Notes: generated from the sequence alone by a model not told the origin. Positions 23,820 to 37,138 are shown, counted from the stretch's first letter. The stretch is DNA of 64,000 nt from Octopus vulgaris (GCA_951406725.2 OX597816.1:111476001-111540000), one strand, 5' to 3'. Numbers and translations are program-made.

Positions 23820-24300
23820 ATAATAATATGGGGGAACATTATTCCAAACTTACAGGGAAAATTCAATTTAGAAATACTAAATCAAATTTCACAAAACATA
23901 ACATATATATATACATATATATACACATTAGAAAAAAGCCATCTTTTATCAATTGAATAATGAAAAAATTAAATTATACCATTTAGAAAAATTACATATT
24001 ATAGAAAGATTAAATATAAGATAAAATATATACCAATGATTAAGTAAAGAGCAAAATAATAAATAAAACGTATCATTAATGCTAGATATATTACTACTAT
24101 TATAGTAGGCTTTCCATTCAATCCTAGTAATAAAATCTTTAATATTATGAATAAGTTTTAAAATATATTCCTTTCTAGATGGTATAGGAATATCCTTCAA
24201 AGAAGAATTCCAAAAAAGTGGTTCTATTTTACCTGTAAATTTCATAATCGGTGAAAATGAGGATAAATACACTCAGAAACGTTAGTTATAAATATAATAC
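23820..24300 (-). mobile_element. Non-autonomous Penelope-like derivative carrying the ORF N-terminus
   Basis: ORF 23949-24272 contains SLKDIPIPSRKEYILKLIHNIKDFITRIEWKAYY, like the SLKNIP..Y..LI....FI.R.RWKA N-terminus of PLE proteins. Terminal ccaaacttacagggaaaa motif. Confidence 0.65.
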
Positions 24301-24306
24301 AACAAC

Positions 24307-24356
<50 letters not shown>

Positions 24357-24357
<1 letters not shown>

Positions 24358-24599
24358 CAATAACCTGCTTCCCTACTACCAATAACCTGCCTCCCTACTA
24401 CCAATAACCTGCCTCCCTACTACCAATAACCTGCCTCCTTACTAACCAATAACCTGCCTCCCTACTACCAATAACCTGCCTCCCTACTACCAATAACCTG
24501 CCTCCCTACAACCAATAACCTGCCTCCCTACTACCAATAACCTGCCTCCCTACTACCAATAACCTGCCTCCCTACTACCAATAACCTGCCTCCCTACTA
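24357..24599 (+). repeat. 22-bp minisatellite x11 derived from the LINE 5' truncation point
   Basis: (ccaataacctgcctccctacta)x11. The last unit reads in frame PITCLPT-MFKAFTAVI into the RT. Confidence 0.95.
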
Positions 24600-26656
24600 T
24601 GTTCAAGGCATTTACTGCAGTGATATCGCAAAGGCTGAACAAGCACCTGGACGAAAACAAACTGTTCCCAGAAGAGCAGAAAGGATGCCGCAAGGGCTCA
24701 TATGGCTGTTAAAGATCAACTAATGATTAATAAAGCCGTAACTGAAGACAGCCACAGAAAGAAGAAAGGCCTCAGTATGGCCTGGATTGACTACAAAAAG
24801 GCGTTTGATAGCATCCCCCACACATGGATCCTCGAAACACTAGCCATTAACAAAGTAGCACCAACAATCATAAAATTCATAGAGCACTCTATGAATAAAT
24901 GGCAAACAGTCCTACACCTCCAAACAAAAGAGGGACTCATGAAAACCAAAGACATCCCCATTAGAAGAGGAATATTCCAGGGAGACACGCTCTCTCCACT
25001 CCTTTTCTGCTTGGCACTGTCACCTCTATCTGATATGCTAAATAGAACTGGATGCGGATATAAATGTTACGGCAAAACGATCAGCCACCTTTTATATATG
25101 GATGACCTAAAACTATACGCTGCAAATGACAAACAGCTGGAAACACTATTAAAGACAGTTCATGGATTTACCAAAGAAATAGATATGAAATTTGGATTAG
25201 AAAAATGCGCCAAAGTAACCATGAAAAGAGGAAAACTAGTTAAGAGTAACAACATCACACTAGATAAAACCAATGAAATAAAAGAATTAGACCAAAGCCA
25301 AACTTACAAATACTTAGGAATCCATGAACTAGATAAGACACAACACACACAAATGAAAGAGAAAATAAAAAAAGAATATTATAGACGAGTTAGATCAATA
25401 CTAAAAACAGAGCTCAATGCTAAAAACAAGATAATAGGTATCAACACTTTAGCTGTCCCAGTTATAAGTTACAGCTACAATATCCTTAACTGGACACGAA
25501 ATGAACTGTCCAAAATAGATAGGAAAACAAGAAAAATACTGACAGGATCTAGGATGCATCACCCAAAATCTGACATAGAAAGACTATATATACAACGTAT
25601 AGAAGGTGGTAGAGGCCTTATACAGCTGGGAAACTACTATAAAATAACCACCATAGGACTGCAAAAATACCTACTTCAGAAGGAAGGAAAACTGATCCAG
25701 ATAGCAGCAAAACACGAGCAAAACAAAAAACTGTTCTCAGTATTTAAGGAAGCTGACAAATACAAACAAGAAATCATACCACCTAATAAACACAAAGAAG
25801 AAGAAGAAGATGATGAAGAAACAACAAAAGCTATAAAACAAATGAAATCCAAACTAAAAATAGAACAGCAACGAGCCATGATAAAATGATGACAAGAAAA
25901 ACCCCTTCATGGTTAATACTGCACTAAACTAAACGCAAAAGAAATAGACAAAGAAAAATCCCAGCAATGGTTGAGAAGCTCAGGACTCAAAGCAGAAACA
26001 GAGGGATTTTTAATTGCAGCACAAGACCAAAGCCTCCCCACCAGAAATTACCAAAAACATGTAATGAAAAGAAATATTACAAGTAACTGCAGAATATGTG
26101 GAGACGGACAAGAAACAATAAATCATATTATCTCTAGCTGCCCAGTCCTGGCTAAGAAGGAATATATTCACAGACATGACAGAGTTGGAACCTACATACA
26201 TTGGAAGCTATGCCAACATTATGGAATAACAACAGAAAAAAGATGGTATAGGCACACACCAGAAAAGGTCACAGAAAACGAGAAAGCAACCATACTCTGG
26301 GATATGCCGATACACACAGATAGAGAAATTAAGGCCAACAGACCAGATATAGTTGTCAGAGATCATGAAGAAAAAAATGCTTTCTAATTGATGTATCAAT
26401 ACCGGCAGATGACAACGTGTCTCTAAAAGAAATGGAGAAACTCTCAAAATACAAAGACCTGGAAATAGAGGTAACTAGAATGTGGAACCTGAAAACAGAA
26501 ACAATTCATATCATAGTAGGTGCATTAGGCATGATAAACAAATTTTCAGACAAATACATAACAAAAACACCAGGACTTACAAACACATATAACATACAGA
26601 AAATTGCACTACTAGGCACTGCACACATCCTACGCAGAACACTTTCCATACAATAA
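24578..26656 (+). pseudogene. Disrupted RT-CCHC-REL endonuclease ORF
   Basis: Frameshifts near 24710 and ~26375, stops at ~25887-25916. Pieces correspond to track ORFs 24702-25889, 25971-26387 and 26417-26656. Confidence 0.9.
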
Positions 26657-26750
26657 CCATCAGAGCATCACAACAAATCACAGCACATACCCAAGGCACA
26701 CAAAGCTGCGCTCGGTAGTGAAGTGAAAGCACGCTAAAATAATAAAACTA

Positions 26751-26794
<44 letters not shown>

Positions 26795-26802
26795 TAATAA
26801 TA

Positions 26803-26834
<32 letters not shown>

Positions 26835-26842
26835 AATGATGA

Positions 26843-27058
26843 TATGAGGGAATATTATTCCAAACTTACAGGGAAAAGTTCAATTTAGAAATACTTACTA
26901 TAATAGTAGTAACATATCTAACATTAATGATACGTTTTATTTATTAGTTTGCACTTTACTTAATCATTGGTATATGTTTTATCTTATATTAAATCTTTCA
27001 AAAAGATGTAATTTTTCTAAATGGTATAATTTAATTTTTCTTTATTGAATTTTTTCTA

Positions 27059-27062
<4 letters not shown>
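26843..27062. mobile_element. Rearranged PLE-derived fragment (terminus plus inverted internal piece)
   Basis: gagggaatattattccaaacttacagggaaaag..., then the reverse complement of ~23930-24107. Confidence 0.6.
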
Positions 27063-27102
<40 letters not shown>

Positions 27103-27249
27103 ATCAGCAAGTCTTAGCTGTATATATATATATTTCTATTCGGGTTATAAAGGTATCAATATATAGTAAAATAATTTATATATAGAAGGATACATGCATG
27201 TTCATCAAGAGAAATCTTCAGGAATGCTGAAGCTCTTAGCTGAAACTTT

Positions 27250-27299
<50 letters not shown>

Positions 27300-27309
27300 T
27301 ATATATATA

Positions 27310-27959
27310 TGAAGACAGTGCTATCTGAGGACATGGTCCGAGAGTGATAAAAATCAAACATCCAGTCAACATCATAGTATTTGGAGTGATAACTAGTGAT
27401 GGTGACGTTATGTCTCCATCTTTTTACATGGCCTCACACTCAACACAGGGGCCTATATGAAGTGCCTGGAGGAGGTAGTGCTGCCCTGAGTCAAGAGGGT
27501 GGCTGCAGGAAGAGCCTATGTCTGGCAACAGGACTCCTCTGCACCATGCCACACAAGTAGGAGAACACAGTCAGGGCAGTCAGACAATTTCTGCAACCAC
27601 ATCAACCCTAAAATTTGGCAGCCTAACTCCCCACACTGCAACCCCCTTGATTATTATGAGTGGAATGCAGTTGAGTGAGAGAGCAACAAAACTCCTTGTA
27701 ACACCAAAACTGAATTGAAGGCAAGGATTATGGCAGCATTCACCAACTTAAACAAGGAGATTGTCCAGATGAGTTGCAGGAGGTTCCAAAGTCATTTAGA
27801 GGCCGTGGTTGAAGCTAATGACGATTTTATTGAATAAATTTTTTCTTTAGTATTTCAAAATGTTTTTCTATAATTTTAGTAAATATATCTGTTAAAATGA
27901 GATGTCAGTGTTATTTTTATTTTTGCATAATTTAGACAATATATTCACTGCACCCTGTA
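27310..27959 (+). mobile_element. Tc1/mariner (maT-like, DD37D) transposon 3' remnant
   Basis: KHPVNIIVFGVITSDG...YVWQQDS..PCHTSRRTQ...WQPNSPHCNPLDYY...LEAVVEANDDFIE*. Ends gcaccctg|TA. Confidence 0.85.
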
Positions 27960-28200
27960 TTTATAAATATATAACGACCTTGAACTCACAAGAGTAAACA
28001 AGAGAGACAGAGACAGGCAGTAACAAGGAAAATGCCACTTGTATTTGAACACTATACAAATATTCTTTTAAAAAAACTTTTTTAATTTTTCTAAATTTAA
28101 TTATTTTCCATACTTAAAGTTGAAAAAGGCTCAATGACTGAAACCAGTACTGAAATGTTTTTATAAAATTATTTTAGCATTTTCTATTTTGACTTTTTTT

Positions 28201-28248
<48 letters not shown>

Positions 28249-28384
28249 ATTTCCATTTGTTTCTCTCATTGTTCACATATCAAAGTTTGTCTCTGTATTT
28301 CATGTTGTTTACATTATGTGACGTCCTGTACCCATATATGCATATGTATATATACATGTATATGTATGTATGTACATATATGTA

Positions 28385-28453
<69 letters not shown>

Positions 28454-28711
28454 AGAGAGAGAGAGAGAGATATGTACATACATACATATACATGTGTGTA
28501 TATATATATACATACATACGCACCATACACACACACACATATAAATATACATATATATGTAAGTATATGTATACACACACCACTTTATCTCATTGAAACC
28601 ATGCAAAACCAATATGCTGATGAAAGATATGTTCCCGCAATCTGTCAGAACCTGCCAAACCCTCTAGTATATATTCAAGCATGTAAAGCAGATGCAAAAT
28701 GATGATAATAC

Positions 28712-28741
<30 letters not shown>

Positions 28742-28743
<2 letters not shown>

Positions 28744-29140
28744 GCAAATATTCTGCTCAATAACACAAATTTGCTTGTCAGTTGTTTGACCATAACCGGT
28801 TAAGCATGTCGCTTAGTGGCTGACGGTATGTGCATATCTGATCACAAGCAGAAATAGTGGGGGAGCATCATAACCGTGTGTTGAAAGGAATTCTTAGATA
28901 GAGGTTTGGATAATTCACCTTTGGAAACAGTGGGGCTACTCAACCAGAAGAAAATTCTAACTGGGCCCCACCTGCAAGGACAAACTCTGTTTATCTTGAT
29001 ATAAGATCATGTTGCGCACATATGGTTATGATGCATGTGCCTGGTGTACCCTTATCAGACGGGTAGTAATAATGGGTATACAGGGCTTTGTATATTTTAC
29101 CCCAGTGTCACTTTGATGGCATGCACTGCTCTCTCACTCA
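28742..29140 (+). mobile_element. Non-coding retroposon 3' fragment flanked by (TAA)n
   Basis: Discrete ~400-bp block bounded by (AAT)n tracts, ending gcactgctctctcactcaat. Family unassigned. Confidence 0.45.
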
Positions 29141-29699
29141 ATGATAATAATAATAATAATAATAGTAATAATGATGATGATAATGATGATGATGATGACG
29201 ACGACGATGATGATGTATATTAGACAGAGAGACTCTAGGAGATTTGTAAATATATAGAGTATGCATGTGTAGGAAATAGAAAATAAATGCAGAGAGGGCC
29301 AGCCAGCAAGAAAGAGAGAGAGAAAGTGATATATTGCTATGGCTCTTAGCTAAACATATTGATAATGACAGATTATTCAAGACATTTCTATGAATTGTGA
29401 AGATGTTATTTTCAAAGATGAGGTCTCTCCTATGAATATATATTGCAGTGGATGTTTACACAATAACAACTTCGCTGTCACTTTCTGTAATCTATCTCAC
29501 AAATGTTTCAGAAAGAATTATAATTGGAATGTGTCTGTGGCTATTGCTAAATTTACTGTGCTTTATTTTAACTTTGTTTCCTTATAAATTATTGTATGAG
29601 ATTTCTCTATATTCAAGTTAATTTTTTTTTTTTTTTTTGTGGTCATCATGACACCAACTGCAGTGAGTGGTTATAGTGGGAATAGCCATAACGACAATG

Positions 29700-30220
29700 A
29701 AGACAAAAATGATGATGATCATCATCATGGCAAAAAAAAAGAAGGAAGAGATGGAGCCGGAGATAGAGAATGTGGACAAGGAGGAGGAGAAGGAAACGGA
29801 AAGTATCGGTGATGATGATGATGATGATTAGGTGGAGGAGGAGGAGGAGGAAGATAATGATGATAAGTCTCATGATGATGCTTATGGTTTTGATAGTAAT
29901 GGGGGTAATAGTGACTGTGATACCGAAGATGATAAGGGGGATGATGATGACAACGACAATATGGTAGTGATTATGGTGGTGAGGGTGATGCTGGTATGGG
30001 TTGGGCTAGTGCTCGTACTGGTGATAATGATGATGATGATGATGATGGTGAGAAAGTGGAGGAGGAGGTAGAGGTGGAGGAGAAGTTAAAGCAGGAGATA
30101 AAGAAGAGGACGTGGAGGAGGCAGAAAAGAGGAGGAGGAGGAGGCAGAAAAAGTGGAAGAGTAGAGATAGAGAAGAGTAGGAGGATGGGGAGGAGGAGAA
30201 GGAGGAAATGGATAGGATGT
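29700..30220. repeat. Purine-rich low-complexity (GAT/GAG/GGT)n tract
   Basis: Directly visible. Confidence 0.9.
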
Positions 30221-30486
30221 TATTGATAATGCACCTGGTGACAATTGGAGATCAAAACCAATAAAAATGTAATAGAAATGAAAATTTTATCAATAAAGCT
30301 ACAATTACTTGTATTAGAAAGTTATATCTTAAGAAAAGTTACATCTTTAGACAATTTTTACTCTAAATGTGTAAAAAGACAGAGATGTTTCTTATGTATT
30401 TCTTTCAATCATACTGTTCTCAAATCCAGTGTAGTTTTCCAGCAAGGTGAGCACATAAATTCTTGCAGAAGATAGGTCAGAAACTT

Positions 30487-30734
30487 AGAGGTGCAGGAGT
30501 GGCTGTGTGGTAAGTAGCTTGCTTACCATCCACATGGTTCCAGATTCAGTCCCACTGCGTGGCCCCTTGGGCAAGTGTCTTCTACTATAGCCCCAGGCTG
30601 ACCAAAGCCTTCTGAGTGGATTTGGTAGATGGAAACTGAAAGAAGCCTGTTGTATATATATATATTTATATATATATAAGTAGTGGTGGGTTGACAAACA
30701 AAGACAGACACACATGCACACACACACATATATA

Positions 30735-30777
<43 letters not shown>

Positions 30778-31030
30778 TGTGTGTGTGTGTGTGTGCATGC
30801 ATATGTGTGTGTGTCTGTATATGTTTGTGTGTCTGTCTTTGTTTGTCCACTCACCATCACTTGACAACTGATGCTGGAGTGTTTGCGTTCCCGTAACTTA
30901 GTGGTTCGGCAAAAGAGACTAATAGAATAAGTACAAAGAATAAGCCCTGGAGTCGATTTATTCGACTGAAGATGGTGCTCCAGCATGGCTGCAGTCAGAT
31001 GACTGAAACAAGTAACAGAATAAAAGAATA
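30487..31030 (+). mobile_element. Full-length octopus-type SINE with internal microsatellite and CR1-like tail
   Basis: gtggctgtgtggtaagtagcttgcttacc...ggttccagattcagtcccactgcgtggc head, (TA/TG)n core, tail ggtgctccagcatggctgcagtcagatgactgaaacaagt. Confidence 0.85.
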
Positions 31031-31885
31031 AACTGAAGAAAGCCATTAAGGAGACAGGGACAGCAGCTGAAACTAGCTCAGGTTGGCTATGGTTGATAAG
31101 AGACTGCGAATGGACCCCTTCCTTAGGTGAAGACAAGTTCAGTCCTCACTGCCCCACTCAGGTAAAGCATACAGGCTGATGAGTAAACTGCTTGAGATGC
31201 CTCCCTGTTAATAGTGCAAAATGATTTCCAGCATTGCAATGGATTTAGAAAAGCTTGCAAAACCTTTGAGTAGCTGCTGCAGTTTCTACATGTGACAAAG
31301 CATCTCTGATGTTTATTCAAACTATATATATGTGTGTGTGTGCTGTGTGGTAGGTAGCTTGCTTCTTAAACACATGGTTCCAGGTTCAGTCCCACTGCAT
31401 GCCAACCAAAGCCTTGAGAGTGGATTTATAATTTACCCTCTAATATAGGATATTATGTTATATAGTATAATGTGTTACATTACATATATTATATGTTATG
31501 TATTGTGTTATGTGATGTATTATATCTAATATTATGCTATGGTAACTCCTACCTAGTTAGTCTGGTTTCATCTTCTTTGGTGATTACACTATTCTTTCCT
31601 TCTATGAATTGCTACCCTATCAGTCATATTAAGTATATTTGTAATGATTTTGAGATAGTAAGTCCTCCTTGACTAAATCCTATACCCACAATCATACATG
31701 TAATTGCACCTGTAATATTATAATTTATAAAACCACTTCGGTATGAATACCTTAATCTGTCCTCATTACTTCCATACTTATTACCCTTTTTTAGTTTACC
31801 TTTATCTTATTAACATCTTTATATTATTATTATTGCTATAATTATTAATATTGTTGTTGTAATAATAATAATAATAATAATAATA

Positions 31886-31942
<57 letters not shown>

Positions 31943-32714
31943 ACAATAATAATAATAATTATAGTAATAATAATAATATAAAGGTGTTCATTAAAATTGT
32001 GTGGGAAAAATGGCTGTGAAATTTCACAGTCATATTCCAGAATATTTGTCATGTTTTGTGACAGTTTTCAAGAATATCTTTATTATTTATTTCCTATCAT
32101 AACTCATTTTGTTTTTATATCTATATATTGGCAAATTAATATAACAAACCCCTTGATAATGTCTGTGAATGTATTCCAAAAGTGATTGACATAATCTGAT
32201 TAGTTTCTGATTTTCACAAATATTCTATATTTGCTATTATGCATTAAAAAATGGTTCACAAGCAGCTTTGAAAAAACTATCATGCAATTGTTGTTGGCAG
32301 AATTGCATTTAAAAATGGATTCCCTTTTCTGCATTTAACCCTTTACCTTGAAGATTGCAGCAGAAAGTTTTCATTAAAAAGAATCATATTCAATTGAGAT
32401 GAGTTATGCAACTTGCTTGCCTAGAGGGCATGATTTAAGTTATGGTTTTAATGTTTACACTCATGACCATACAATCTGGCACTTTGTTTATCAAGCTTGT
32501 GACCAAAATACACAGCAGCACTTGTTGCTGTCTTCTGACTTGCCAGTTCCTGTTGAACCATCCAACTCATGCCAGCATGGCAAACAGATGTTAAATGTGG
32601 ATTATCATAACAATAATGATGATCGTGACAATAATGTACTTCGCAATATATGCATATATAGGCCAAATATGATTCGAAGGTAGAGGGTTCAAAAGTGATG
32701 CATTGTAGAGATCA

Positions 32715-32945
32715 ACTTCCATGTGAATGTGAATGTCTCTTTGAAAATTAGGGAAAAAAACATCTGTGGAGAACTGATGAGAAATCCCCAATTCTTACAC
32801 CCAAGTTACAAGTTATTATTTGTTCCTGTTATCGTAGGTGCACTGAAACATACAACATCTTGTTTGCATAGAAACCTAGAAATGCTTGGGTTTTTCAAAG
32901 AAGAGAAGATCAGACTGATTTGTGTCCTCCACACAATATTGTAAC
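32715..32945 (+). mobile_element. Older REL-LINE fragment related to 14025-14460
   Basis: NVNVSLKIREKNICGELMRN...YKLLFVPVIVGAL...NLEMLGF. Confidence 0.6.
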
Positions 32946-34297
32946 TACAGTCACACACAAATACACACACACATTCATACAACCAATAACACAGATACAG
33001 CTGATATACAGACCTCCACATATTTGCACATGAAAGTATTAACTCATAGTTGATGCACATCTGCATACATGCATACACACACCCTGACAACTGCACACAT
33101 ATGCATCCCCAAGCTGATGGATACCATCAGCCCTTACCCACATGCTACCCCTCACCCACATGCCAACCCTCACCCACGTGCCAACTTACACATGCTCACA
33201 CCCTATACACACCCATGACTGACACATGCATAGACATCAGAATTACATCCACACACACACTCATACACCTAGTATATACACACACACCCTTGCCGGCAAT
33301 GTTCCTGTCAGCTTCCAAGTTCTTCAAAAGCCAGCCAGACACCAAGACTCCACCAGCTCCCTGTCCAGCCATGTGATTCAAGAAATTCTCTTTCCTAATG
33401 CATCTGTTGTTGCAGAAATACTGATGTCACTTCTAAAAACACCATGTAATCTGTCGTGACCAATAGCTGCCCGGATTCCAGTAGCCACCTTGGACTTCCT
33501 GTATCTCTTCATTCAGCTGTCTAAGCCTGAATGAGCTAGGTTTCTACCAGAAGCCTGTGAAACTTTAAGTTGCATGGAGCTGAATCAAAATGTTTTTGAA
33601 CAATAATATAAGTAACTCCTAATAAATGTATTGAGTGCTTTTTTCTTTCATAGCTACATCCTTCTGTGTGTTCTTCCTTTTATGAAACAATGAGATGCAA
33701 TTTGAAGGGAATTTAGCAACTATTTCTTGAAGATCAAACAACTATCTAAAAGGCTCCATCATTGACTCATATAATGGTTTTTACGCTTCTTTATCTCCGG
33801 AAAAGCGTTCTGTTGTTTGTATTACTTTCCCTAATTAAATTATGAAGCCTGTCATAATTTTCTATGAAATTATTTTGCTATCCTTTTGTAATTATTTCAT
33901 AGGATGAGCATAGCAATATTTTAACATCATCACTACCATCATTCTCATTGTAATCGTCTTTGCCCTCATCCCTGACGTTGTTTTCTCATGCCAATATTGT
34001 AACTACAGTCACCAATGTCATCTCTCTCTTTCTCTCCCCTTTTCTCTTTCTTCTCTCCCCCCCTCTCTCTCTCTCAAATACACAAACAACTAGATCTTGT
34101 GCCAAATCCTCAACTTTAATCTATGTAGCTTCATTTACAATACAAGAAGATACACTGCCTTCCTGGCGGTTTTCTGCTATCATATGTTGTTTCCTTGTGC
34201 AAAACTACTGTGGTGTCCATATCTACTGGTATATATGTATCTGTATACATATACATGCACACACACACTTGCATATATATATATATATATATATATA

Positions 34298-34487
34298 TGT
34301 GCAGGTGGCACGTAAAAAGCACCCAGTACACTCGCAGAGTGGTTGGCTTTAGGAAGGGCATCCAGCTGTAGAAACACTGCCAGATCAGACTGGAGCCTGG
34401 TGCAGCCCCAGCTTCCCAGACTCCGGTCGAACCGTCCAACCCGTGCTAGTGCGGAAAACGGACGTTAAACGATGATGATGATGATGA
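34298..34487 (+). mobile_element. RTE 3' UTR fragment
   Basis: Family tail ending cggacgttaaac(gat)n. Confidence 0.8.
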
Positions 34488-34604
34488 TATATATATATAT
34501 ATAAATATATACACACACACACACACATATACCTGAATACCTGATGTTTCTGCAGTTTTCACAGCTATGCTGCATTCAAAATGTGTGTATATATATATAT
34601 ATAT

Positions 34605-34778
34605 TTAATCTTTCTATAATATGTAATTTTTCTAAATGGTATAATTTAGTTTTGCATTATTGAATTGATAAAAGGTGGGTTTTTTTCTAATTTATATATA
34701 TATATTATACTTTGTGAAATTTGATTTTGTATTTCTAAATTGAATTTTTCCCTATAAGTTTGGAATAATATTCCTTCA

Positions 34779-34782
<4 letters not shown>
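34605..34782 (+). mobile_element. PLE-derived terminal fragment
   Basis: Reverse complement of ~23820-24015, ending ccctataagtttggaataatattcc before (ATT)n. Confidence 0.6.
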
Positions 34783-34838
<56 letters not shown>

Positions 34839-34840
34839 TA

Positions 34841-34872
<32 letters not shown>

Positions 34873-34910
34873 CTTTCTCCCTTCATTTTTTGTCTCTTCT
34901 GTCTGTCTAC

Positions 34911-34948
<38 letters not shown>

Positions 34949-35038
34949 TACACACTCCATTTGTATCCCTTCACCCATTGTTTCATTTAATGCATTTCAT
35001 CCTCTTTTACTTTCACTTTCTTTTCTTGCAGTATTGTC

Positions 35039-35170
35039 ACTTAGCGGTTCGGCAAAAGAGACCGATAGAATAAGTACTGGGCTTACAAAAGAATAAGTCC
35101 CGGGGTTGATTTGCTCGACTAAAGGCAGTGCTCCAGCATGGCCACAGTCCAAATGACTGAAACAAGTACA
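35039..35170 (+). mobile_element. 5'-truncated SINE tail
   Basis: acttagcggttcggcaaaagagaccgatagaataagtact...gactgaaacaagt. Confidence 0.8.
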
Positions 35171-35279
35171 AAAAAAAAATATATATATACTTATATTGCT
35201 CTATATTTACAAATATCAGATGACAATGACCAATGTTGCTCCATGTGATTTGAGTGAAAGGTGGAAGCTCAAAAAATAA

Positions 35280-35720
35280 CTAATTCCATTAGAAGACTGT
35301 AAGTTTGACAAAATGAATTAGAGGGTTTGTCATTCTTGTCATAATGCATGGTTTTCAGAATCATACCATTTAAATATATATGCCGTAGACATTCCTGAAA
35401 CTCATTACCTGTGACATTGAATTAGATTTGAGCAAACTTTGAAGTTTTATTTTTTGGAACTAATGATCTAGTCATGGGACAAACTTTTCCAAGTATATTA
35501 AATACAGGACTAAATTTTGAGGTTCTGTTTTGCTTGTAACTCAGAGAAGCCAATACTAGCATATTGTTATATGAACATTTATTTTTACTGAACCTGTTTC
35601 CTGTATAAGCAACATTGACGTACCTAAAAATATTTGGAGGGGTAGGATGGTGCTGCTTGTCCAGTTTTATCTTCCCTTCAAGGCAACACAGATAATTCAT
35701 TTCAGCAGACTATCTGTAAG
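35280..35720 (-). mobile_element. Helitron Rep/Hel N-terminal remnant
   Basis: ORF 35422-35700 reads CCLEGKIKL...SYNNMLVLASL...FSPVFNILGKV...SLVP...KFAQI*F, matching the CC..GK.KL / YN / F...G.VYH / FAQIYF pattern of Helitron proteins. Confidence 0.65.
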
Positions 35721-36488
35721 CATTGCAATGTAAACCAACATTGTTTAAGAGGATCCTGTTTGTTTACACTACTGCTAACGTTTGTATCTCACTATTATTT
35801 CCATGAAATATTTATCTGTATATCTTATCAATATGATGATGATTATCAACTGGTGCCAGACCATTCACAGACTGTGAAAGTTGGTTGAGTACATTGTTTT
35901 TCAAGATTATTCTCTTTTGGAGATACTCTGGCCAGTATATCATGTGCAGTAGAAACAGAATTATATTCCCAATATTCATGTGTGTATTCAGACATTTCTT
36001 TCAGTTGTTTTGGCCTAGCTTTCTCTGATTTAGTTACCTTTCTCTCCCTTTAGTGTTGTGGTTTTGCTACAATTCATTCTGTTTTAGTTCCATATTTTTC
36101 TTTGGATGATCCAAGTTGTATTGAAAAATTCTAATATGGAATCAGATAGTATAATATGTATATTGTAAACAAATATTTTAAGCCAAAATCAGCATGTGAA
36201 ACAATATATGCAAACTTAAGATAGGCATAAAAAATAACTGAAGAACCATGATTTACTAATTTGTGTATAACAGAATAAATTTGAAGTGAAAACTTTCTAA
36301 GTAATTTTGATATGATAAACTTTTCACAAATATTCTCTTATTTTTAAAGAAGCCAATTGAAGGGAGGTAAAAAGAGTGAAAGCAGAGAACCAGAGCGAGA
36401 CAATACTGCAAGAAAAGAAAGTGAAAGTAAAAGAGGATGAAATGCATTAAATGAAACAATGGGTGAAGGGATACAAAGGGAGTGTGTA

Positions 36489-36522
<34 letters not shown>

Positions 36523-36682
36523 GTAGACAGACAGAAGAGACAAAAAATGAAGGGAGAAAGATATTTTTAAAATCCTGAACATCAGAGTGAGAGGAAAATT
36601 TATGAAGATAAGAAAAGAGAAATATTAATACAAATAGAGATGGTAAACAAAGAAGAGATAGAAAGAGAGAACAAGAGAGAGG

Positions 36683-36744
<62 letters not shown>

Positions 36745-37082
36745 ATTGCCAGAAAATAGGGTAGAAGAAAAATATACAAATGTATGATGCTGAACAATGC
36801 TGTTAAAAATACATAAATAGTGGAATTTTTAAGAATTATCTATACAGTGTAGACTTCAAAGATTGCTTTCTTTTAGTAAAAGTTACACGCCCATAACTAA
36901 TTAATAAGCAGCTTTCTTTCTTATTGTACAGATGTAGATCAGCAATATGATAGAGATAGGTGGACACACAGACAGGTTGAAAGAGAGGCAGGCAGACATA
37001 CACACTGACAGATAAGCAAACAGACTAGCAGAGAGATATTAAGTGAGCAATAGATTGATAACTAGACAGACAAACAGACAGG

Positions 37083-37138
<56 letters not shown>

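Larger units (their letters stand above)
24357..26753 (+). mobile_element. 5'-truncated R4/Dong-clade non-LTR retrotransposon in (TAA)n
   Basis: RT (IDYKKAFDS, GIFQGDTLSP, YMDDLKL, YKYLG), CCHC (CRICGDGQETINHIISSC), RHD and REL (NRPDIVV, EKLSKYKDL, IIVGALG). (AAT)n on both sides. Confidence 0.92.

Noticed and set aside
24357-24599. CRISPR-like regular repeats
   Set aside because: Head-to-tail units with no spacers, derived from LINE RT sequence, in a eukaryotic context.
27225-27252. ctga-agct-ctt-agct-gaaac hammerhead-like string
   Set aside because: The core lacks NGA and there is no stem I or cleavage triplet. Could be chance or a junction.
29770-30226. Acidic/basic low-complexity ORFs
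   Set aside because: Trinucleotide repeat tract without splice or homology support.
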